A stretch of DNA of 64,000 nucleotides. Origin: Deltaproteobacteria bacterium. GTDB lineage: Bacteria; UBA10199; JACPAL01; GCA-016699445. Positions 10,919 through 21,583 of this stretch are shown in pieces (the stretch's first letter is position 1; the number at the start of each line of letters is the position of its first letter). The notes beneath the pieces were generated by a model. It ran no database searches. It was not told the origin of the DNA and saw nothing but the letters and a program-made list of their open reading frames with translations. Location: the NCBI GenBank assembly GCA_016699445.1, contig CP064976.1:2478162-2542161 (forward strand), written 5' to 3'. Made by a program: the position numbers and the translations under genes.

Positions 10919-11749
10919 ATGACTATTAGTTCTACAGATTTTGATTTTGTTCGAAATTATGTGAAGAGTAAATCGGCTATTACTCTGGAAGCAGGTAAGG
11001 AGTATCTTGTCGAAACTCGTTTGAGTTCTATTATTGTTTCAGAAGGTCTCAAAGATATTTCAGATCTTGTCATAAAGATGAAAGAAAGGGCTGACAGTCC
11101 TTTGCATGCCAGAGTGTTGGATGCGATGACGACTAATGAAACTTTCTTCTTCAGAGACATCACTCCTTTTGAAGTTTTGAAAAAAGAAGTCATTCCCGAT
11201 TTGCTCTCCCGTCGTTCTCCCAATGGTCCCTTAAATATCTGGTGTGCGGCTTCTTCTAGTGGTCAGGAGCCATATACGATTTCAATGGTGATTGCCGACA
11301 ATTTCCCATCACTTAAGACACCGGGCTGCCTGACATTTATTGCCAGTGATATTTCTCAGCAGATGTTAGCCAAAGCCAAGTCAGGACTTTATACTCAGCT
11401 AGAAGTTAACCGAGGTCTTCCCGCGGCTTTGTTAGTGAAACATTTTACAAAAGTAGGTCTGGACTGGCAGATTAAAGACGAAATCAAACGTATGGTGGAC
11501 TACCGCATGATTAACCTCTCCACGACGTTTCCTTCTTTGCCCCAGATGGATATTATTTTTATCAGAAATGTTCTGATTTATTTTGAAGTCGAAGTTAAAA
11601 AGAAAATTCTGGAACAAATTCGAAAAGTTATGAAGCCAGACGCCTACCTCTTTTTGGGAGGCTCTGAGACGACTTTTAATCTGGATGATAATTTTGAACG
11701 TTGTGACTTGAATAAAACAGTCGCGTATCGACTAAAGAAACCAAAATAG
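10919..11749 (+). CDS. cheR: Chemotaxis methyltransferase CheR
   Basis: TTNETFFFRD, IWCAASSSGQEPYT, ASDIS and IFIRNVLIYF motifs. Confidence 0.97.
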   Translation: MTISSTDFDFVRNYVKSKSAITLEAGKEYLVETRLSSIIVSEGLKDISDLVIKMKERADSPLHARVLDAMTTNETFFFRDITPFEVLKKEVIPDLLSRRSPNGPLNIWCAASSSGQEPYTISMVIADNFPSLKTPGCLTFIASDISQQMLAKAKSGLYTQLEVNRGLPAALLVKHFTKVGLDWQIKDEIKRMVDYRMINLSTTFPSLPQMDIIFIRNVLIYFEVEVKKKILEQIRKVMKPDAYLFLGGSETTFNLDDNFERCDLNKTVAYRLKKPK

Positions 11750-11831
11750 AGGGAAAAAGAAAACGGGATCTCAAGTAATGACGGTTAGTTGACGTTGAGA
11801 AGGGTGTGATCCCTTAATTCAAGGAGTTATT

Positions 11832-12284
11832 ATGGCTTACGAAGAACAGATTGCTCAAATAGTCAGCAGTATTTTGAACACCATGGTGGGTTGGCAAGTA
11901 ACTCCCTTGAGCCAGTCGGAAATAGTCCCTGAAGATCCTGAAAAAATTTCAGTCAGTGGCTGTGTCACCATAGGCGGGGATTGGGAAGGTTGTGTTATCC
12001 TGACCATGCCTCAAAACATTGCTCATGAATCTGCTGATACCATGTTTGCCCTCGATCCCGGAGCTGCTTCCAAAGAAGAAGTGAGGGATTGTGTGGGAGA
12101 ATTGACCAACATGATTGGTGGAAATTTTAAATCTCAATTGGAAGGCAAAAATATGCTTTCGATTCCATCGGTGGTGGAAGGAAAAGAATATACAGTATCA
12201 TCACCGGGTCTGCACCGGGTCTGTAGTCAGCTTTTTGAATATGACGGTAAAAATTTTGAAGTGAGTGTACTTCAACGTATTTAA
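11832..12284 (+). CDS. cheX: CheX-type CheY-P phosphatase
   Basis: D-x3-E-x2-N motif (DCVGELTNMIGGN) followed by LSIP; 150 aa; AAGGAG RBS. Confidence 0.9.
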   Translation: MAYEEQIAQIVSSILNTMVGWQVTPLSQSEIVPEDPEKISVSGCVTIGGDWEGCVILTMPQNIAHESADTMFALDPGAASKEEVRDCVGELTNMIGGNFKSQLEGKNMLSIPSVVEGKEYTVSSPGLHRVCSQLFEYDGKNFEVSVLQRI

Positions 12285-12296
12285 GGGGGGGGAGAT

Positions 12297-12665
12297 ATGC
12301 CAAAAAATGTGCTCGTCGTTGACGATTCAGGTGTTATGAGAAAAATGATTGGTCGCAGTTTAAGACAGGCTGGTCTTGATTGCGGTGAAATTTTTGAGGG
12401 TGGGGATGGTGTCGAAGGCTTAAGCCTTCTGAGTAGCCATCCAGAAGTCGCCTTGATTTTATCTGATTGGAATATGCCCAATATGGATGGGATCACTTTT
12501 GTGAAAGAGGTGAGGGCCAAGGGTATCAATACTCCCATTGTGATGATCACTACAGAAGCCACAGATTCTAGAGTCGCTGATGTCAAAGCCGCAGGGGCCA
12601 ATGGTTATGTCTGTAAACCTTTTACCCCTGAAGCACTTCAAAAAGAATTAGGTGGGTTCTTTTAA
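12297..12665 (+). CDS. cheY: CheY-like response regulator
   Basis: VDDS, LSDWNMP, MITTE and GANGYVCKPF motifs. Confidence 0.9.
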   Translation: MPKNVLVVDDSGVMRKMIGRSLRQAGLDCGEIFEGGDGVEGLSLLSSHPEVALILSDWNMPNMDGITFVKEVRAKGINTPIVMITTEATDSRVADVKAAGANGYVCKPFTPEALQKELGGFF

Positions 12666-12698
12666 TAAAGGAAACGTCGAAAACTTTTCGACTCGCAT

Positions 12699-13757
12699 AT
12701 GATCCCGTTAGTCACCATCGCCGGTGCCAATTTTAACAAATTAAATCCTCAGGCCAGGTCTTATTTTGAAGAGATCGCCACCAAGCTTGGCATTTTGGTG
12801 AATCAGCCAACCAAGATCGATCAGATCGAAGTTTTTTCGGGTTCTTTTGAATCCTTCTTTAAATCCTATCCTAAGGATTTCATGCTCACCAAAATGGCAT
12901 GGGATGGAAAAGAAGGTCTGATTTTATTTTTAACATCCATGGGGCTGGCCATTGAAGCTTCAGGATTTATGATGGGATTTCCGGCCAATACTGTTAAGGA
13001 AAAAGTCGCCAAGGTTCAATTTGATGGTGAAGTGGAAGAAGCTTTTGGAGAAGTGTCCAATCAATTGTGGGGAAATATCAATCAATGTCTGATTGGTAAA
13101 ATCGATAAAAATATCCGACTGTCTCTTAAGACAACCTGCAAACTACCTCAGGATGGTTCTAAAAATTCTGAAGTCGATGATTTGTTTTATGTGATTCTGA
13201 AGTGTCAGGTGCACATGTCGGATGTTGATCCGCAGCCTCTTTATCTTTTGATTAGTCATCTTTTAGCCAAAGATATTTTTGATGTGTTACTAGAGCCTCC
13301 ACAAATCGACAAAGAAACTGTGTTTAACAAGCTCACACAGGATTTGGATGCCGTGACAGCTGAGCAGGTGATGATGAAGGATTATCCAACTATCGATATC
13401 AATAAATCCTTAAGTGATGCTTATCAATGTATGATAGATCATAAAGTGGACGCGCTCCCTTTGATACAAGCTGGTAAAGTCATTCGAGTGATTACCAAAA
13501 ATAATCTGGAAATCATAAAATCTGTTTTTTTCGATGCCCCTGGACAAGAGGAAAGAAATCGAAAAATTCTTCAGTTTCCCCTGATGCGAGTGAGTGCAAA
13601 TCAAAAGCTGATTTCCGTAGGCCCTCAGGATCTGGTGGGATCCATTGTTAAAAAAATGTATGAAACACACATCCACACAATGCCTGTAGTGAATGCAGAT
13701 TCCCAACTTCTAGGAATGATATTTTCTCTCGATCTTTTAAGAAAAATTTTAGGGTGA
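12699..13757 (+). CDS. CheC/CheX-fold domain fused to a tandem CBS pair
   Basis: EAFGEVSNQLWGN matches the acidic-x3-E-x2-N phosphatase motif; the C-terminal ~140 aa has two CBS repeats (VMMKDYPTID...DALPLIQAGKVIRVIT; ISVGPQD...HTMPVVNADSQLLGMIF). Confidence 0.7.
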   Translation: MIPLVTIAGANFNKLNPQARSYFEEIATKLGILVNQPTKIDQIEVFSGSFESFFKSYPKDFMLTKMAWDGKEGLILFLTSMGLAIEASGFMMGFPANTVKEKVAKVQFDGEVEEAFGEVSNQLWGNINQCLIGKIDKNIRLSLKTTCKLPQDGSKNSEVDDLFYVILKCQVHMSDVDPQPLYLLISHLLAKDIFDVLLEPPQIDKETVFNKLTQDLDAVTAEQVMMKDYPTIDINKSLSDAYQCMIDHKVDALPLIQAGKVIRVITKNNLEIIKSVFFDAPGQEERNRKILQFPLMRVSANQKLISVGPQDLVGSIVKKMYETHIHTMPVVNADSQLLGMIFSLDLLRKILG

Positions 13758-13830
13758 TTTTATTCACCTCAGGTCAACTCCTCATAATGACATGTTGAAA
13801 AATTGGCTTTCCTGATCTACCCCCACAAGC

Positions 13831-15402
13831 GTGAAAAATAAAAACAAGTCGGGGGCTTTTTTTGTAGGTCTTGGAATCTTATTAAGCCGCATCTTTGGTT
13901 TGGTTCGTGAACGTGTCTTTGCTCATTATTTTGGAAATTCAGATGCCGGCGATGCCTTTAAAGCAGCTCTTAAAATTCCCAATTTTCTTCAAAATCTTTT
14001 TGGGGAAGGGGCTCTATCCGCCTCTTTTATTCCCGTTTATTCCCAACTGGTTGAAAAAGATAAGACTCAAGCAGATCAACTAGCCAAAACCATTTTTGCT
14101 TTTCTGGCTTTGGCTGTTTCAGTACTCGTCTTGTTGGGTGTTTTATTTACAGCATCATTGATAGATTTGATTGCTCCAGGATTTTCGGGTGAAAAAAAAG
14201 AACTGACCATTGAGCTCGTACGTATTTTTTTCCCCGGGATTGGGTTGCTCGTATTGTCAGCTTGGTGTTTGGGAATTCTCAATAGCCATCGAAAGTTTTT
14301 TATCCCCTATGCAGCTCCTGTGATTTGGAATGTCGCTATCATCGGCTCATTGCTTTGGGGAGGACGTTTTCAGAGCCAATCGGATTTGGCTGTGACTGCC
14401 GCTTGGGGATTAGTGTTGGGAAGTTTTCTGCAGTTTTTTATCCAGCTACCAACGACTTTAAAATTAGTTCCTCTTTTACGCACAAACCTTCAACATAAGG
14501 CGACTTCAGTAAAAACTGTGATTAAAAATTTTGGTCCAGCTGTCGTGTCACGAGGGATTGTACAAATCAGCGCCTATATCGACAATGTATTGGCAAGCTG
14601 GCTACCCACGGGAGCTGTTTCAGCCTTGGCCTATGCTCAGACGATTTATCTTTTGCCCATTGGTTTGTTTGGGATGTCGATTTCAGCATCCGAACTTCCC
14701 GAACTCTCCCGTACTCAGGTGACTTCTTCGGATAATCAAGAAGATGCCAATCGGAAGCTGCAAGAGCGTCTTGAGTCTGGGCTTGAAAAAGTTTCTTTTT
14801 ATATCATTCCTACCGTTGTTGCGTTTTTTGTTTTTGGTGATTTGATTGTGAAAACTCTCTTTAAAACAGGACAGTTTGATGAAGAAGCTTCTCAATTAGT
14901 CTGGAAAGTTTTGATGGGATCAACAGTAGGGCTTTTGGCAACGACTTTGGGAAGACTTTATTCCTCTTCTTTTTATGCTCTTCAAGATACTCGGACACCT
15001 CTGAAGTTTTCGCTGATTCGTATCCTTTCAACGACCCTTTTAGGGGTCTTGTTTGCTTTCTATCTTCCTAAAGCCCTGAATATTTCTCCCTTATGGGGAA
15101 CAGCAGGGCTTACTTCTTCTGCAGGAATTTCAGGATGGATTGAATACATGATGCTCAAGCAGGCCTTGCAAAAAAAAATAGGATTAAAAATTCGAGAAAG
15201 ACACATCCAAAAGCTTTGGATCAGTGCTATTTTTGCAGGGATTTGTGTTTTTTTGATCAAAAAAATCCTTGTTTTGGGAGCCGTTTCCATCTTACTGGCC
15301 CTTCATGCAGGGGTTTTTGGGATTTTATACATGTTGATCGCTTCTTTTTTTCATATTCCTTCAGCTGAAGTGTTTATGAAAAAAATTAAGCAACATCTGT
15401 AG
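13831..15402 (+). CDS. murJ: Lipid II flippase MurJ/MviN
   Basis: SRIFGLVRE, IPNFLQNLFGEGALSASFIP and QLP motifs; many TM segments; GTG start. Confidence 0.95.
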   Translation: MKNKNKSGAFFVGLGILLSRIFGLVRERVFAHYFGNSDAGDAFKAALKIPNFLQNLFGEGALSASFIPVYSQLVEKDKTQADQLAKTIFAFLALAVSVLVLLGVLFTASLIDLIAPGFSGEKKELTIELVRIFFPGIGLLVLSAWCLGILNSHRKFFIPYAAPVIWNVAIIGSLLWGGRFQSQSDLAVTAAWGLVLGSFLQFFIQLPTTLKLVPLLRTNLQHKATSVKTVIKNFGPAVVSRGIVQISAYIDNVLASWLPTGAVSALAYAQTIYLLPIGLFGMSISASELPELSRTQVTSSDNQEDANRKLQERLESGLEKVSFYIIPTVVAFFVFGDLIVKTLFKTGQFDEEASQLVWKVLMGSTVGLLATTLGRLYSSSFYALQDTRTPLKFSLIRILSTTLLGVLFAFYLPKALNISPLWGTAGLTSSAGISGWIEYMMLKQALQKKIGLKIRERHIQKLWISAIFAGICVFLIKKILVLGAVSILLALHAGVFGILYMLIASFFHIPSAEVFMKKIKQHL

Positions 15403-15417
15403 GATAGACGCCGATAA
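15390..15417 (+). promoter_or_regulatory. Candidate sigma-28 (FliA) promoter
   Basis: Perfect GCCGATAA at 15410-15417, 22 nt before ATG 15440; the -35 is only partial (GCAA, 16-nt spacer). Confidence 0.4.
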
Positions 15418-15439
15418 CATCCCTAATACATTAATAAAA

Positions 15440-17451
15440 ATGAAAAAATTACTCCTCACTTTGAGTTTCGGTGTTTTTCTATTGTCTTTGCTCAAGCGGC
15501 AAAGGCTTTTACAATTTCTTGTGATCCATCTTTTCAATGTCGTGATGCCATGGGGCGCGACGTCTATGTCGCCTGTCAAAGAGTGGTGTGTGATCGTACG
15601 GTGGGGCCCTTCGTCCTGATGGGATGTTAAGTGGCTTGTGTCGTGTGAGCACGAGTCCTGCCGATCGTAATCACACTTGTTGTACCTCCTATGCTGAATG
15701 TGATGATAGAAATGCCTGTACCAAAGACGAATGTAACCTCACGACCAATACATGTGTTCACACCATGTCTTTGCCTCCTTCAACGCCTCCTGATGAATGT
15801 AAACAGTGGGATTGCAGGCTTTCTGATGGTGTGTGGAATCTTGTGCCAACCTCGGACGGGATGGCCTGTAGAGATGATGGAAATAGCTGCACACTGGATC
15901 GCTGTCAGATGGGTGCTTGCGCGCATCCAGCATTACCAAGTCCAACAACCCCTCCGATGCCTTGTTACCAATGGTCTTGTTTAGGAGGATCCACAGGTTG
16001 GATTCAAACCCCTAATGATACTTTATCTTGTGATGATGGAAATCCATGTACCAACACCGCCTGTCGTTCGGGGCATTGCCAGGATATAACCACTCCAGCC
16101 GAAGCTTCACTTTTGTGTCCACGTCCTCGATGCACAGCTTTGGATGCTGCTACAACATGTGATGACAGAGATCCTTGCACTGTGGATACGTGTTCATCCG
16201 GATTTTGCCGTAATTCACCAGTCACAGCAGCTTCTATTGATGATAGTAATTTGTGCACTCAAGACATGTGTTCTCCAGATAGGGGTATTACCCATACGCC
16301 TCTTGTTTTTAATGATAACAATGTTTGTACGACTGATTCCTGTGATGCACGCACTGGACTTCCATTGTTTGTCCCTCGTCCTGTTGAGGATGATGGGAAT
16401 CCTTGTACAAAAGACGTTTGTGATCCTGTTTTTGGAATGTTGCATAGTCTGGATATCAGTCGGGGTTATGAATGTTTTGAAGGCAGTGATTGTGACATGA
16501 GTACTTGTCGAAGACGAATTGTATCGATTCCAACCTGTACGGTAGATTGTCGCCAGACGTTTATGAGTCTGATAGGTATTCGAGTTGTTCCTCAAAATGA
16601 ATCCAATGTTCAATGTGCTTTTAGTCTCAATACTCAAGGAGTGACAGGGATTAGTTGTCGTGGTGAGAGTGGAGATTTTACAACATCAGGAAGCCTTCCT
16701 GTGGAGACGGGTACGACTGGGCTCAAAACCATTCGGGCTTTTTGTAAAACACCCAGTGATTATCGTTTTTCCTGCGAAGATAATTTGAGTGTGATCGCAC
16801 GTGTGGGAAGTGGTGGATCTGGAGGCCAAGTTGGAAGTGGGGGAATGAATGGTGCTGCTGGAAGTGGAGGTATCTCTTTACAAGCTTCGGGAGGTGGTTC
16901 GGGACGTGGCAGCGCCGGAAGTGGTGGTATTTCTCCTCCCATTCCAACAGTGGTTGGTTTTTCAAATTATGATGTTTATTTTTGTGTCGCCAATGAAACG
17001 ACAGCTTTTAATTTAAGAGGAGAGAGAATTGAGTTGGCCACACCTTGTCCTGAACTTCCTGTGGCTCAAGCTGTTGAAGATGATCAGAGATTGATTGCCG
17101 AAACATTGTTGGATGTGGATCCTGCCAGTGATCATTTTGCCCAAAATGTCCGGCCTTGATTGCTTTGACAGTTCAAAATGGATGTCTTCTGAAATGGATC
17201 GTAGTCTTTATGCCTTACAAACAGGTTCGGCATCGACGTCTTCGATGTCTTTTCGTCAAATTCTTCCAGCTGAAAAACCAATTGTACGGAGTAATTTTAA
17301 TCGTTATTTTCGTGTGACGGCCTATGGTATTGAAAATCAAATGTCCAATTCCACAGATGCACATCCTTTGTTTTCAGAAAATGCTTCTACTCCTCAAGCT
17401 ATCTTACTTAACTTTGAACGTATTTATGCCGAAGGCGGGGTTGTTCCCTGA
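15440..17451 (+). CDS. Secreted Cys-rich repeat protein (Dictyostelium-type C-DD-x-N-x-CT-x-D-x-C repeats), ~670 aa after three apparent frameshifts
   Basis: Signal peptide MKKLLLTLSFGVFLLS[F]AQAAKA from 15440; seven DD.N.CT.D.C-like repeats and a G/S-rich linker in ORF 15624-17159; the plausible C-terminus continues in ORF 17095-17451. Confidence 0.65.
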
Positions 17452-17457
17452 TTTTAC

Positions 17458-19486
<2,029 letters not shown>

Positions 19487-19490
<4 letters not shown>

Positions 19491-20435
19491 AAACTCTCCC
19501 AATCCTTCCAAACAGGCTCGTAGCCTTTTTGTTGGATGACGTGAGCCACTTCTTCAGGGCTACGATCATCTTCGATTTCAAATTGTTTCAAACTTTTTCA
19601 GGTTGTTGATAACCACCAGGTTCTAGGCGTGAACCCGCACTCATGCGTGTGATACCTAAACCTATCAATTGATCACGCAGAGCAGGTGATTCGCGTGTGG
19701 ATAAAACAATGCCCACTTCTGGAAGTTCACAACGAAGCATCGCAATCAATTCAATAAACTCCTCATCAGAAACAGGGTGGGGAATTTCAAATGATGAAGC
19801 GCACGGACGCAAGCGTGGTAGGCTGATGGTAATTTCTGTTTGCCAATATTTTTTCTGAATGTGTCGGACATGTTTGATGAGAGCTGCCGCATCTTTTTGA
19901 TGATCGGCAAGCCCCAGAAGAATACCCATTCCCAATTGACGGACTCCGGCTTTAGCAACTTCTTCAGGTGCTAGGATGCGTTGTTGGTAATCTTTCTTAG
20001 GACCGCCTTTGTGCATTTTGGCGTAAATCTCAGGATCGTAAGTCTCTTGATACATGACGACTCCGTCCAATCCAGCTTGAGTCAAACGTCGGTAAACAGC
20101 AGCCTCAAAAGGTGCGACTTCAATCGAGAGTGCAGACACAAATGGCTTTAGCTTCAACAGACAAGCTTCCAAGTAATCCGGCGATACGTGTTTGGGATGT
20201 TCGCCTGCGACAAGCAAAATATGCTGAAAATTTTGATGTATGAGAAACTGAGCTTCACTTAAAACCTCATCAGGAGTGAGTGTTTTGCGTTCAATTCTAT
20301 TTTCACGACTAAAGCCGCAATAGGTACAGGTATCGACACATTCATTTGAAAGATAAAGTGGTGCGTAGAGTTGGATGGTTTTTCCAAAACGTTGAAGGTG
20401 AGATCGCGGGCTTTTTTTAATAATTGTATATTCAT
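19487..20435 (-). CDS. thiH: 2-iminoacetate synthase ThiH (radical SAM; apparent frameshifts near 20399 and 19603)
   Basis: [19 protein letters not shown] (CxxxCxxC), [18 protein letters not shown] motifs. The corrected N-terminus reads [13 protein letters not shown][L]QRFG and the corrected C-terminus [13 protein letters not shown]...[12 protein letters not shown]. Confidence 0.88.
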
Positions 20436-20438
20436 ATC

Positions 20439-20513
20439 GTAGGGGCGCCATTCATGGCGCCCGATTAATTAAGGCGTGATAATAAATCAGGGCGTGATAA
20501 ATCACGCCCCTAC
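20439..20513. repeat. GTAG-family REP doublet (REPIN-like) between thiG and thiH
   Basis: Left arm GTAGGGGCGCCATTCATGGCGCCC, spacer, right arm GGGCGTGATAAATCACGCCCCTAC; the right arm is identical to 38379-38402. Confidence 0.9.
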
Positions 20514-21289
20514 GGCCTAATCATTCCTTCCAATGCGCTTGAGGCCTGGGCGGTCATTTTTTCTTCAGATCGTCCCGCCAAAAATCCACGGCGCCCCGCA
20601 ATTACCGCATGTTTAAACGCTCCTGCCATGCTGACAGGATCTTGAGCTGTGGCAATAGCGGTATTGACCAACACCGCATCGGCTCCCATTTCCATGGCTT
20701 CACAGGCATGAGAGGGTACGCCGAGTCCGGCATCGATCACGATGGGGACATTGGATTGCTCAATAATTATCCTCAACGTCTCTCGCAGTTGAAGGCCACG
20801 ATTGGAGCCAATCGGTGACGCCATCGGCATGACGACAGGACAGCCGACATCTTCTAAGCGTTTGGCCAAAGTTGGATCGGCCTGAATGTAGGGGAAAATG
20901 GCAAAGCCTTCTTGAGTGAGTGTGCGTGCGGCTTCTAGTGTCTCCAAAGGATCTGGCATGAGGTAACGTGGATCAGGAATCACTTCGAGCTTCACCCAAT
21001 CTCCAAGTCCCGCTTCACGCGCCAGACGTGCTAAGAAAATAGCTTCTTTGGCTGTGCGCGCTCCGGAAGTATTGGGTAATAGGGTAAAACGTTTACGATC
21101 AATAAAATGAAGAATATCTTCATCTGGTTTTTTAAAATCAACCCGACGTAGAGCCACAGTGACAAGACTGGCATCACTGGCTTCCAAGGCTTCTTTCATG
21201 ACTTGATGAGAAGAAAATTTTCCAGTGCCGACAAAAAGGCGAGAAGTGATTTCTTTTCCGCCTCCGCCAATGATGAATGAGTTTGTCAT
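20510..21289 (-). CDS. thiG: Thiazole synthase ThiG
   Basis: SRLFVGTGKF, LLPNTSGA, WVKLEV, VMPMASPIGS and DAVLVNTAIA motifs; the stop TAG lies inside the REP element. Confidence 0.96.
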   Translation of the reverse strand: MTNSFIIGGGGKEITSRLFVGTGKFSSHQVMKEALEASDASLVTVALRRVDFKKPDEDILHFIDRKRFTLLPNTSGARTAKEAIFLARLAREAGLGDWVKLEVIPDPRYLMPDPLETLEAARTLTQEGFAIFPYIQADPTLAKRLEDVGCPVVMPMASPIGSNRGLQLRETLRIIIEQSNVPIVIDAGLGVPSHACEAMEMGADAVLVNTAIATAQDPVSMAGAFKHAVIAGRRGFLAGRSEEKMTAQASSALEGMIRP

Positions 21290-21290
21290 A

Positions 21291-21494
21291 TTAACCCCCT
21301 CCAACTGCACGGATGAGTTCGATGACGTCATTGTGCCGGATTGTGTGTGTTTCAAACTGTGAATGGGAAATAATTTCCGCATTGATGGCAATCGCCAGAG
21401 CTTTGTTTTCTATTTTGAGCTGTGAAAGTAGGGTGGAAAGAGAAATTTCCGAATCAAAAGTCTGAATCTGTCCATTGACAGTAATCGTAATCAT
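21291..21494 (-). CDS. thiS: Sulfur carrier ThiS
   Basis: 67 aa, ITVNGQ start, C-terminal VGGG. Confidence 0.93.
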   Translation of the reverse strand: MITITVNGQIQTFDSEISLSTLLSQLKIENKALAIAINAEIISHSQFETHTIRHNDVIELIRAVGGG

Positions 21495-21582
21495 GTTTCC
21501 CTCCGCCCGCATTATCGGGATCAGGTTTTAAGGGTTTCTCTGTCTCAACAGAGATCTCAGCTGACCATCAGCACCCCTGATT
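21495..21582 (-). ncRNA. TPP riboswitch
   Basis: Minus strand reads AGGGGTGC...GCTGAGA...ACCCTT AAAACCTGATCCCGATAATGCGGGCGGAGGGA, the canonical TPP aptamer core, directly upstream of thiS. Confidence 0.95.
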
Positions 21583-21583
21583 T

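Noticed and set aside
20436-20451. ThiH starting with REP-encoded MAPLRYE
   Set aside because: The alternative frame [13 protein letters not shown](L)QRFG fits the ThiH consensus much better after one C is restored, so the REP ATG is probably not the start.
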